The notes beneath the pieces were generated by a model. That model made no database searches. It worked only from the letters and a program-made list of their open reading frames with translations, and was not told where the DNA came from. Made by a program: the position numbers and the translations under genes. A stretch of DNA of 64,000 nucleotides from Basidiobolus meristosporus CBS 931.73 (taxonomy: Eukaryota > Fungi > Basidiobolomycota). Location: positions 248,001 through 312,000 of the forward strand of contig MCFE01000001.1 of the NCBI GenBank assembly GCA_002104905.1. The letters run 5' to 3'. Positions 50,501 through 63,543 of the stretch are shown here, piece by piece (positions within the stretch are counted from its first letter, which is position 1; each line of letters starts with the position of its first letter).

Positions 50501-52138
50501 CGACAGTCGATAGCCTTGGAGTATTGGTGAAACTACCTTGGCAAACAGCTTTTCAATATGTCTTTGGATTGCATTTCGGCTGAGAGTAAGATTCCGGGGA
50601 TCTAAGTATCGAGAAACCCAAGGCCACCACACTAGCAACAGAATAAATCAATGTATTCGCACCTGGTGACAGCAGTTTGTAGATACCTTCAATAGATGTA
50701 TGGGATGCGATGGATGCCTTAGTGCAGCCCTCTAGAAGATTTACAACTTCTTCAAGTCCCGCGCACAACAACGCGTGATGAGAATGATACCACTATGCAA
50801 TAGGCCACAAATCAACGTTCTGATCGGCGACAATAGGCATGGCGTAGCAGGAACTTACCTGCTGTACTTGCTTCACCATGGGTATCAACTCCTGGACTAC
50901 ACCAATAACCCTAACCTCCGACAAATCTTTTTCCTTCGCTGTGATCATTTTGCGTGAAATATGCAACGCTACAGTTACCGCGGTAGTGGTTAGTGTAGTG
51001 GGCTGAACACCACCGTCGTCAGTGAGTTTGCTGAGGTACTTGTTAGGGATCGCTGAAGATTATCCGTGCATTGATTAAAAAAAGTACCTGTCCCTACGCG
51101 CTATGCTGGACAAAGCGGATATCAAGAGGACGGCGGCATTGGTACTGAAAAATCCCTCTACGTAAGAGTCTCTGCGTTAACAGTTGTTTATTGTCAACGG
51201 CTTCTGTACCTCTCCATCGGCCATTACCTTGATTCTCGTCTACTTCTTGGATACCGACGATAGCACTAGGTCCAGTTGGCGTCTGATTTAACAAGTGATC
51301 TAACAGCAACACAACCCCTAATTTACTTCGCTTGTCTGAGCCTTGTAGCTGATCTATCAAGACTTTTCGCAATATTTCTTGGAATGGACCTCTGGCCAAC
51401 CAGCACAATATCCGCAATGCTGCCATTTTTTCCTCGCTTTTCCCTCGCCTGAGAAGCTGAAAAGCAGGTTGAATAAAACCACCCATGAGGCAAACTTCTG
51501 GACCGATGTACCTTGCTTTCCAAAGGAACTATGATATCTATCAGATTCTTGCTCCTTTCCTCCAGGTTAGACCTACCAGGGCCATTAATGGAATCTGCTA
51601 TGGACCTCAGCGCAAGTGTCAAGGGCGCTTTTCGGGATTTCGTTATTACATACTTCGGGTAACAAGATCAAATAACAGGAATTATATACTAGTGTCGCTT
51701 TGGGGAGCTTTTGCGGCAGAGTTAAAGGCTTGTTCGTTTGTGTTTAATAATAGATACAGGGCCTTTCCCAGTGTGAGGCTTTTCTCCTCTGCTGGCTTAA
51801 TATCAGTATTGGCTTGCTGAGCAATCTCCGAATCTAGGCCTAGAATCACCATGTCTTCAGGTTGTCTTGGTGTGTCCAACAGCCAACACAAGAAATCAAT
51901 CAATCCGAGCAGGAATTGTCGAACGGTGCCAGATATCCATCAACATTAACAGGATTTGCCTAAACATGGTTCGAAATGATGGGTGCATTTTAATCATGTT
52001 TGGACGCCGTCCTGGTTTAACGCAGATCAATCTTGAATGATCCACTCCACTCCGCTCAATAAAAGTCCCATGCCATTGGAAGGTTTTCAACAGTCCAACC
52101 TGCTCCAGAGATTTCCTGCTGGCGTCATTTTCTTTCAT
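47584..52138 (-). CDS. Large uncharacterised ARM/HEAT-like alpha-solenoid protein, many exons, with an unexplained frame break near 51900
   Basis: Chain of amphipathic-helix exons bounded by GT/AG (AALRILCWLARG, LLFLRLHPLLVLK, EFPQIRTIAMEILSRVP, KQWVFGFCQWL, LQLGCMDTLSL); the last exon ends LERILDSH*. Confidence 0.72.
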
Positions 52139-52187
52139 TAGTTTGCTCCGCTTCTACGAATAATTACAAGTGATACCGGCTAACAAA

Positions 52188-53975
52188 ATGTCACAAACGG
52201 AAAATGCTGCCAACAACGAAGTGGTCGAATTGCAGACCATCATTCAAGAGCAGAAAGACCAAATCAACCGCCTCACCGAAAAGCTAAGAGTCTTTGGAAA
52301 GCAACATCAAGGGGTTGCCGGTGACTTAAATGTACTTTTATCTTTTCGTTAACTGTCTGAGAGTAAACCCTCTGGAAATTAACCGCTCGATTTCTTTCCT
52401 GCCGTCTGTTCCTTCGCCTAGGCTCGCGATCAAATATTGACCCAAGTTGAACAAGGGGAAAAGTGCATGAAAAATTCTCTCGAGTATCAACTGAATCAAG
52501 TAAGGCCAGCAGCGATGATTGCCTGGCTCTGCCATGTATCCCAACTGATTATCCTTTGTAGAATCGCAAGAGTAAGGCTGATCTGGAGGGAAGAACCAGC
52601 ACAGTGCTTGCTGACACCAACAACGTGGAAGAGCTAAGAAAAGTCCTCCAGGAGTATATCCAGCGCTCACAAGACCAAGAGCGCTCTATTAAGAGGCTGC
52701 AGTTTGACCTCGAGATGGAGATTGGCCACGTCAATATCTTGCGCCACGAAAATCAGACGCTGAAGCAGCTTACAGTGGACATGGTTTGGATGTTTTCTCC
52801 TAGTCTTTCCCCTGGGGTAACCTAACAAGACAATACACCTCTCGCAGCACGCGTCAGCCGAGCAGGAAGAGGAGTACATCTCCAACAAACTACTCAAAAG
52901 CATCGCCCACCTAAAAAAGGAGAAGGCTGAATTGCTGGTTCAAGTCGAACGAGAGGAAGAGTACCTTACGAACACACTCCAGCGGAAACTGTCCCAGGTA
53001 TTGGAGCATAGCAGACAGCCCATGGCGAATGGCATAACTAAATGAAATCCCAATGCAGCTTCAAAAAGAAAAGATCGATCTTGAAAATGCACTCGAGCAG
53101 GAACAAGAGTTCATGGTGAACAGACTCCAAAAACAATTGGATGTATTGCGACTAGAGCAGTCTCAAAAGGATTTGGGCACCAGCCCACCCTCCCCCTCAC
53201 TCTCCTCGTCTCCTCCAGCGTGCGTTCTGCTCTTCATTGCTTCTGGCCAACTCACACTGACGCTTGCCTCCATTTCCAGCCCTAGATGGAGACCAACCCA
53301 CTCGCCCTCCTCCTCGGACGTAAGTGTCTCTTCCCATGCGGTTACCGAGGTCTTGAAGGCTGAAGTGACTGCCTTGCGTATTAAGCAAACGGAGCTTGAG
53401 AAAGAGTGTAAGTATGCTGGCTAGACCATCACCGAACATGCGCTGACTTATTTCACCGGTAGTCACTGCGACGTACAACCAGCTGAAAATTTACAAGAAC
53501 GAGCTGATCGAGCTACGCAAGAAAAACAACCTTCCAGTAGACGACCTGTTGTCCGAGAGGTGAGTCGACCCCAATGCTGCTGTGTAGCAACGCACGCACG
53601 CACCTAATTCATTGAATCTAGCTCTGCCCCCTCGTTCATGCGATTCAACAATGCGACCGGAAAGCAGGTATTTGCATATGTTTAGCTAACACGATGACCA
53701 CTACGGATGTACCAATGCGTATACAACATAGCGCTCTCGTCGATCCATCTCAAGCGGGGATCAGTCGCAACTCTTGAAAGCAATGGCCTCGCCCGAGTTC
53801 CAGTTCCCGCCTGGCCCGGCATCCCCAGAACACAACGCACAACCCCCACTTGCTCACAAGCCCAGGACTGGTTCGTTTTTTTCCTCCCATAGCACCCTCT
53901 CACCCAAAGCCACTAACACACTTGACCAGATTGATTGAATTCGCCATAACCCCCTTTGCATCCCTAATCAACTAA
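52188..53975 (+). CDS. CCDC6/H4-like (DUF2046) coiled-coil protein, multi-exon, 3' end approximate
   Basis: [61 protein letters not shown]. Confidence 0.85.
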
Positions 53976-54094
53976 TTCAGTAACGTCAATAAACCATCCA
54001 GTGCCATTACAAGCTGCATCATCGAGTATCATTACAAAGCTGATTTGTTTATTGTAAAAGCGACATAAACAACCCTTCCTAGCTACGAAACAGA

Positions 54095-54544
<450 letters not shown>

Positions 54545-54759
54545 CTAACCTGCTTTGTGACCTTGCGGGTACCGAAAGTGAAAGAGGGGGTTGCGGAAGA
54601 GTAGCCATTCGTTTTAATCCTAAAAAAATCTGGAATTTTTCCCTACGCTGTAATTGGTCCGGTGGAGATTCCACTGATTCCCATCATTTCGGCCCGATTT
54701 AGGGTGTCTCCTGCTCTGAAGCACTAGACTGTCGTTTAGAAACAACTTCCAGTGACAAC

Positions 54760-56232
54760 ATGGTAGACAGTGTTCTAAGTGAAGGCAAGTCGAGTAGCAT
54801 CAGGTCTGCGTTTTGATACAACACGCTGAACTCTCTTCTCTACAAAAAACAGATGATCCCAGTCTGCTGGTGATAGTACTGGACACGAATCCCTTCTCAT
54901 GGTCGAAATCGGAGAATTCCACCTCTCCACTCTCCTTCAACAGTGCCCAAAACCATCTCCTCATTTTCATACATGCCTATCTATCTTTAAAGCCGGACAA
55001 TAGGATTGCTGTTGTGGCAAGTCACTTGGGTGCAAGGTGGGCTTACTTCTCCTGCTCCCCGTAGACCCTCCCCTTGAGAGAACTGACACGAATATCGTTT
55101 TTCGTAGCCGTTTCATATATCCTACTGAAAAAACAGAAAGCGTTGTTCAAAGTGAAGAAACCTCCTCTTCCTCGAAGGATGCAAACGTCTACCAACGGTT
55201 TAAATCTATCGACAAACAGATCTCTAGAAATCTCAAGAAGCTGATTGATTCCCCGTTGGACCTTGACTCGCTCCCCGACAAAGGTAGATAGCCAGCCATT
55301 CTCTTACCACACAGGGAATCCAGCACTAAGCCCCCACTCTATTCCCAAGGCGCCTCGGCGATATCCGGTGCCTTCTCGATGGCCTTGTGTTGTATCCTTT
55401 TGTTGGAGACAGTTTAGAATGGTACAGGGATTATTCGGTTGTTATCCTTCACTCTAACCCATCAGACATCAATCGCATGATAAAGCGGGATGATCTTGGC
55501 AGGATCAAGCCTCGACTACTAGTGCTCTCGGTATCAACGGACTCCCCATACCAGTACATCCCCATCATGAATTGCATCTTCTCGGCACAAAAAGCGGTAT
55601 TTGCAATTCCTTAGAAGTAGGGCCAAACCCGATAGTAACGCATGACTAGAGCATTCCCATAGATGTATGCAAGATTTACGGGGGTGATTCGGCATTTCTA
55701 CAGCAAGCAGCGTACATCAGCAGTGGCACATATCTAAAGGCAGAAAACCCCTCTGGACTGCTACAGTATCTCTTGGTGAGCTTGATTCATGTTGCGAAAT
55801 CCCCAAGGATCCCGGATTAATCGGCGTTCTAGTTCACATTCCTCCCGGACAAGTACGTCCGAACCTACTTCTGCTTACCTGGTAGGGACCAGGTAGACTT
55901 CCGTGCGGCTTGCTTCTGCCACAAAAAGGTGATCGACGTGGGCTATGTATGCTCAGTATGTCTGTCAAGTGAGTGTTCAGGATAGTCGACGCAGTGGCAC
56001 TTTTACTCATCTATTCTGGTCTAGTCTTCTGTGGGTTTGCGCCGGTTTGCTCAACATGCAGGTTAGAACTCGAGCTTCTTATGTCTCTATTGCATCAACA
56101 CTTCATTAATCCCGCGATACCAGAACGAAATTTGAGTCGCGGAACGGAGTGTCCGACGAACCTCACCTGGTCAAAACCATCTTCCAGAATGGGCTCACGA
56201 ACGGCTCCTCTCTGCCCAACAACACTCCATAG
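54760..56232 (+). CDS. TFB4: TFIIH subunit Tfb4 (p34), multi-exon; the first intron is GC-AG
   Basis: [78 protein letters not shown]. Confidence 0.95.
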
Positions 56233-56449
56233 AAATTTGTACACTAAGCAAAATAATCAGACAATTGGTTGGATCTTGAATAAATCGGCATCTGGGGTTT
56301 TTTTTAATCACTTTGACCATCGAAATCGCAGTCAACGTTCGGTTTTTTTTCTTTTTTACCAAGTTCCTGGCGAAAAAATTCATCCTGCCATATTTGGTTT
56401 TGCCAAGTTAGTTTGCTTGGGTGTACCGCTTCCTTGAACCAAGAACAAT

Positions 56450-57341
56450 ATGGTACGCTCGAATGTCTAGATCTGCCACGCGATGGTCTTCAACTAAACG
56501 GTCTGTTTTCCAACAGGGTAAAGCTAAGAAGACCAGACAATTTGGACTCGTTAAGCGCATGCTTAACCCCAAAGATGCGAGATTGTAAGTGTGTTCCCCA
56601 AGCATTATGGGTCCAAGAACTGTTGTTAACGGGTGCATACAGAAAGGAGAACCAGGAGAAATTGAAGAAAAAGGAAGAGGAAAAGGAGAAGAGTCTAGTC
56701 ACACACATGTAAGTGACACTCCGTTCTGACCCTTTCGCTTCTCAGCCAGCTAATCGCTTTTTTAGTCCACAAGTCGCCTCTTCTCTCTTCTTCCGCTATA
56801 ATACCGCACTAGGCCCACCTTACCATGTGTTGGTGGATACGAATTTCATCAACTTCTCGATCCAAAACAAACTAGAGCTTGTAAAGTCCATGATGGATTG
56901 TCTGTATGCCAAGTGCATTCCTTGTATCACTGACTGCGTCATGGCTGAATTGGAGAAGTTGGGGCCTAAATACAGGGTCGCGCTTAGGTACAGTGCTGCC
57001 TTTTGTCGCTGGGTGGTATGCGTTCAAACTAACCTCTTTGTCTACAGAGTGGCAAGAGATCCCCGCTTCGAGAGACTTCCCTGTGCTCACAAGGGTACCT
57101 ATGCTGATGACTGTTTGGTCAATCGTGTGATGCAAGTAAGTAACCTCCCCATACGCATTGGTAAGCCGGAGCCTGGAACTCACTGGAATCTTCTTAGCAC
57201 AAATGCTACATCGTAGCCACTTGTGATCGTGACTTGAAGCGTCGCATTCGTAAAATCCCCGGTATCCCAATTATGTATATCGCGCAACATAAGTACACCA
57301 TTGAAAGATTGCCCGAGGCCTATGGTGCGCCCAACATCTAA
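56450..57341 (+). CDS. FCF1: rRNA-processing PIN-domain protein Fcf1/Utp24
   Basis: ATG-only exon, [84 protein letters not shown]. Confidence 0.97.
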
Positions 57342-57982
57342 ACCACTTCGAATTCCCCGAATTAATTTGCAATGTAATATCTTCTTTCCCTTGGCTCCAA
57401 ATAAACTGATAGAAATATGCGATTCTCCTTCGTACCAGATCAAGGAAGCTGCTTAATCATAAACAACCACTTTGCATAAACATTTGAATTAATTGGCCCC
57501 GATGAAGCGATACCCCTATTTTGTCCAGTAATATGTGGTGGAGTGTTTATTTGGTGTGTTTATTGATGGCACATGGGGAACTTGTTTGCTTAATCCATCG
57601 TAACGACGTTGAGAGGGCGCACAGTAGGAAAGTTGCTTTAACATTAGGGGCATTCATATACGTAGTTATTTCCCCCAGTTCGTCGAGCTGAAAACCTTGT
57701 ATACAACCAGCGACGCGAATTTCCCCGCTCTCCCCTTCTGTATTTTATTCTTCTCCTGTCTTTAGTGCTCATAGAGTGACAAGATTGCCTCCACGTTTTG
57801 GACTGAAGATTCCTTTGGGCGAGACAACAAAGAACCCGGTTGGATTATCGCACTTTATCGGCCTTGATTTCGACTAGCCGGCCCTTCCAGCACTCTTTAC
57901 ATGGTCCACAACTGAAGTTACATTGAGTATAGAAAAAAGTGGAAGAATCTTGATTCGCCTAGATTAACCGCAGCTGAATAAG

Positions 57983-60900
57983 ATGGCGTTATTTAGAAAG
58001 AAGAAACTCAAGCATAATAGTGCGTCTCTCGAATATCCAGACTTGGAGGAATTCCAGGCCACGGTCACTGGGCCTCCAGGCGTATCACCAAGAACCCCGA
58101 ACAATCCCAGATCCACCCTAAACACGCCAAGCTCTTCTGGAGCCCGTGGTTTGGGGAGAAGCCCCACCATCATGTCTAAGAATACCTTAAGCCCTTCGCA
58201 TTACTCCGACATCTCCGACATTCCTGAGTACGACTATTTGCAGAAGAACCCTGAGGCGTTGGCCGAAGAGCTAGAAAAGATAATTGTTCGTGGTAGCTGC
58301 TGATTCCTATTGACCATGGTGCTGAATCTAAACCGTTTCTCGTGTAGGATTCGATGGGGATGGACGAGGCCGGCAAAAACAAGATGCGGAGCCTGTCCGA
58401 CGAGATCAAAATGAAGCTTATCATTTCGAAGCGTCAAATGGCCATTGACGAGGTATTTTGTACACCCGTTGCTCGCCCCACTAGTGGCTAAATTCGTTGT
58501 CTCTAGACAGCGCCAGATCATTATATCCGGAAATTTGCGAAGGAGGACCTTCGGAGCATTGGGCTGAAGAGCATCAAAAGTTTGAGGGTTTCTTTAAGCA
58601 CACGTCCTATAGGGTACGACAATTCTTTCCCCGGGAGCCTGGCCTACGACTAACCGATTCTTACAGATGGGTGCGCCAGTATCTCGAGCTCGGAGGGTTT
58701 CAGCTGATCTCCAATTGGATCTATAATCTAGCTGGGACCAGAAACAGGTAGGCTCTACACACTGTGTGTTCCCGCCCACTGTCGACTGAATTTTTGGTTT
58801 GACTTAGTCGGAAGGAAATGGAGGAGCAGGTGGAGTACGAGCTGGTCAAGTGTGTCGGCTCGATACTCAATACCAAGGTAGGCGCTTCAGATGGTGCACC
58901 ACACGCAAGTCCATTAACATACATATTCTCCACCAGTGGGGAGTCCAAGAAGCGTTGGCGACTCCGGAATGTATCATGAACGTGGCGTATTCGTTGGATG
59001 CCACGCTGATCCACACACGCAAGCTTGCTGTGGAGTTGCTGACATTCATGTGCTACTGTGAGATCCCGAAAGGATGCAGTTACGTGCTCAACGGGATGGA
59101 CCAGGTCAAGAAGGCGCGTGGATATCATCTGCGCTTCGAAGCCTGGATCAAGTCTCTGGAGGCAACCATCGATGGTCGTGGTATCCTTGGTTCGCTGGTC
59201 AAGGCCAGTGAGGAGATTCGACGCGCCGGTGGGGCCGACCGAGAGCTTGTTGAATACGTGTTGTCCAACATGATCTTGCTGAACGGTATCCTGTATGCGT
59301 TCGACGAGGTGGAAATGCGCACGCATCTGAGGAACCAGCTTCATGCTGCTGGCTTGGGGAGGGTGCTGAAGAAAATCCGGGTCTTCGCCAACGATCTCAT
59401 CCTGATACAGCTGGACAAGTTCGACGACCTTACCGAAAATGACTATTTAGAGCTGCGGGAGTTTTGCAACCATCAGGTGCTGAAGGACATGTCTGACCCA
59501 TCAGAGGTGTTTCACGCGGTGCTGGATTCAGTTGCAAACACCAAAGGCTATTCCTATCTGCTCTCCATGCTTCAGCACCTGCTGATCATCCGTGATGACG
59601 ACAACAACGAGGAAAACCGGATCAAGTATTTCGAGCTGGCTGATACACTGATCACTCAGATGGTTCTCGATCGTCGTGGCTACGACCAAGATTTCTCGGC
59701 CACATACGGTGTGTCGGTAGAGTCTATTCTCTCAAGGCTGGGCGACGATGAGAAGCTCCAACAGGCACTCAAGGCTGCCAAAGAAGCCGAGAAGGTGGCC
59801 GAGGAGGCAGTTGCCAGGAAAAACGATCTTGAGCTTGAGATTGCTATGAAGTCAGATGGCCTGGTCGGAATATTGAAATCGAAGATCCATTCGTTAGAGG
59901 ATCTGGTGCGCATGTCGCGCTACACTATGGAGGCCCTTGAGGCTGAAAACAAGGAGATCCGAAATCAGTATCGCACCAAGCTTACGAAGCAGGCTAACCA
60001 ACTTAAGGATCTTTATCAGATGATTCGCGGTAGTCGCATTAGCACTGATCTTCAGCCTTCTGACGGCTCGATCGAGTTGGTCAGTTCAGCTGCTGTAAGT
60101 GCCAAAGAGCAAATGCTCCAAGAGGAGGTTAATCGACTACAAGAAGAGCAAGATTTAATCCGCAAACAGATGGCGGCCATGAAAGCACGGATGAAGCCCT
60201 CACCACGCAGCTCTTCCTTGAGTCCAACAGACAAGCGTGAGTTTGAATCGTCTGATTCGGATATCAACTCCTCAGCTGACACACATGAGGATGATTTCCC
60301 TCAGCAGAGCATCGTGACTCCTGTGCGAAGCCGTAACTCTACTAGGCGAGAATCGTCTGAAGCATCCATCACACCGGAAGTCCAGAACGATGGGCAAGAC
60401 ACGATTGACTCCGAATCCGAAAAAGAGGAGATTGCTGAAGATACTCAGGCTGCCGAATCATCGAGTGACACTCCCTTGCCAGAACATACTGAGCCTATCC
60501 CTTCATCCTCATCTTTCTCCTCGCCATCTCCATCCAAAAAGTCTGAGCACATTTCTCTTGCGCCAACAGGTACGTTACCACAATCATCACTCTCTCCAGA
60601 GACTTCCAACGTTGCTGCCCCAGATGGAATATCATCTAGTCAAAGTCTTCTGCCTCCTCCCCCACCGCCGCCACCACCTCCTCCAATACTTGCTCCAGGT
60701 GGATTAACATCTAGCCATGCCCCGCCTCCGCCTCCGCCTCCGCCTCCACTCCACCACCACCACCAATACTTTCTCCTGGTGGGTTATCGTCTGGCTTTGG
60801 TCTCCCACCACCCCCACCTCCGCCGCCACCACCAATTCTTGCTCCAGGTGGATTACCGTCAAGCTCTGGATTACCACCGCCACCACCGCCACCACCTCCC

Positions 60901-62743
60901 ATCAGTACACCAGGTGGTTTGCTATCGGGTCCCAGCTCACAGCCACCACCACCACCACCACCCCCTCCTCCTGTCATTAAAAATGGAGTGGCTTCATCTG
61001 GCTCTGCTCCCCCACCGCCAGCGCCCCCTCCACCTCCGCCAAACCCCGCTGTTGCATCATCGAATACTGATTCTACTCCGTCGACGCCCCTTCCAACCTC
61101 AAGTGTACTGGCCACTGGTCCGCCCCCGCCACCACCGCCACCATCACTTCTTAACAGCGCCATCTTTACTCCGCCTGCATTCATGTCCCCCATAAAGCCC
61201 CGAAAACAAGTCAAATGGCTTCCGAAGAGTAAGGTCAAACCGTTGTCTTGGGATAAAATCCCCGACTTTGCGGTGGACCGAACACTCTGGATGGAGAAGA
61301 TTAAAGAGGAGGAGAATCTAGGGGAGGAATTGACAACCAAGGGAGTGTTCGAAGAGATCGAGGAACTCTTTTCCGCGCGGGTTACCGAGTCCGTCAAAGC
61401 CAAGCCAAAAGAAATCAAGGCTGAAAGCAAAATATCGATCTTAAACAACAAGCTGGCGTCTAACCTGAACATCACCTTGGGACGAGTACGGCATCTGCCC
61501 CCGGAAAAGATCCGAGAAGCCATCGTGAATATGAACGAGAATATCATCACGGAGCTGATGCTTCATCAGCTATTGCAGTATATTCCCTCCGCCGAAGAGA
61601 AGGGGCTCCTGGCTGAATACAAAGACAATCCGGAAAAGTTGGCCAAACCCGATGCGTTTTGTGTGGAGATGATGAAGATCGATAGATACGAACAGCGACT
61701 TCGAGCCATGCATTTCAAGTCCACCTACTTCGAGAAGGTACATCACATTGAACGAAGATCTCACCGCCATTCTTGAGGCCTCGAAAGCTTTGCAGAACAG
61801 CCAAAACTTCCCGAAGCTGTTGGAAATCATATTGGTTGTTGGAAACTTCATGAATGGTACCTCTTTTCGTGGCAGCGCATACGGCTTCAAGATTCATAGC
61901 ATCAATCGCTTAGTAGACACCAAGGGTAAACACAACCAGATCACCCTACTTCACTTCCTCGTCAACACCATAGAAGAGAAATTCCCGCATATCCTGAAGT
62001 TCCTTGACGAGTTGAAGCCAGTAGGTGCTGGGTGTCACGTGTGCTACCAGGATATGAAGGCTGACTTTAAAGACCTCAAAGAGCGATTTGAAGAGACTCG
62101 ACTTGAGGTGGAGAAGTATCACTCCACTCCAGAGAAAAGCCAAGAGCCCTTTACCATACAAATGAACACATTTATCCTTTCTGCCGATGAACAGCTAACA
62201 GAGGCTCAAACCAAGTACGAGACGATGAACGAAAAATACGAAGCCATCGTGAAACTCTACGGGGAGGATCCGGCCACCACGACCCCCGAGGAGTTCTTCG
62301 GGATTTTCCGGAGCTTCATGACCTCGTTTGAGAAGGCGCTGAAAGACAATCGCCTGGAAAGAGAACAAAGAAAGAGAGCGGAAAAACGAAAACAACAGGA
62401 GAACGAGAAGAAAATCGAGAAAGCGGCCCGAAAACAACCAGATCCGGAGCCTTCCGTCGACCAATCCCCTCAAGCAGTGGACGAGAAGGGAGTCATGGAT
62501 AGCTTACTGGATGTCCTACGTCGTGGAAATGACTTCGATGCGGCCAGGCGCGCTCGCAACCACAGCGAAGCCATTGCTAGACTGAGAGATCGAGAGAGAA
62601 GACGTACCCTACGGGCTCAACGTCGTGGATCAGTTCACACTCGAGCTAAAGATCTTCTGTTCGATATCTCTGGTGACCAATCATCGAGACGGAGTTCGAG
62701 CAAGTCGATTGTGTCTACACTTGCCACTGTTGAAGACAATTGA
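57983..62743 (+). pseudogene. Diaphanous-type formin (GBD-FH3-CC-FH1-FH2-DAD) carrying two frameshifts, at about 60749 and 61740
   Basis: LRVSLSTRPIGWVRQYLELGG, KLAVELLTFMCY, HLRNQLHAAGL, poly-Pro FH1, VKPLSWDKIP, LLEIILVVGNFMNG...AYGFKIHSINRLVDTK, DAD motif MDSLLDVLR; the domains are split over three frames. Confidence 0.85.
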
Positions 62744-63543
62744 GTTTACGTGTATGGCTAGTCCCGCCAGCACAATTCATAGACAACCTGTATTATTGTT
62801 TAGGATTCCCAACCTATTTTGTACCACCACTCTACAGCCTATTTGTAGTAAATTAGCTGCTAGTAATACATGCAAGTATTTAGCTTGGCTTTCATATAGC
62901 AGTGATTTTGTAACACCTGGAACGTTGACGCACTCATGAGTCTATTCTTCTGGGGTCGCAGGCGCCCATAGCAACTACACTTGATCAGAAACCATGCGTT
63001 ACGATTTGGGGCTGTTGTCACGAATGATCCCTGACAGTAGATGTAGATCCAGATTATTGGGGACTATTGGGGATTATTAATAGAAAGGATAAGCTTAAGT
63101 TTGCAAGAGGGAGCAGTTGCTACGGAGGCTAGAGTGCCAGCAATATCCTATTGTGACCGATTCAAGGGATCAGCTAAATTTACAACCAGCTTTTTCAGGC
63201 TAATGTTATACTTCAACGGCCAATAGGGTCCAGGCGTAATAAACTCATTCGTCAAGACGCCCTTTGTACGACCGGGTTATGAGGATGGGTTTACCATAAG
63301 CAGACAGTGAAGGAGGGAAGGAACTTGGACTGATCAGTGTCTGGGTGAGTAGGGTACATGATAAATGAGTTCTGAGATCCGTGATAATTGTAGCAATGGG
63401 TTTTCGAATGTTCGGACAGTCGTAGCCTGTGAAACCAATAGATTACTGGCCTTGGTGACTCGATGTCGATTTTTTCTATATTTAAGCTGCGCTCGCTGCC
63501 AAGGTGCCCACATCAAGGGCTTTCCCTTTATCACGCCGCTACC

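Noticed and set aside
60711-61550. Gly-rich antisense ORF
   Set aside because: Reverse complement of the formin poly-Pro FH1.
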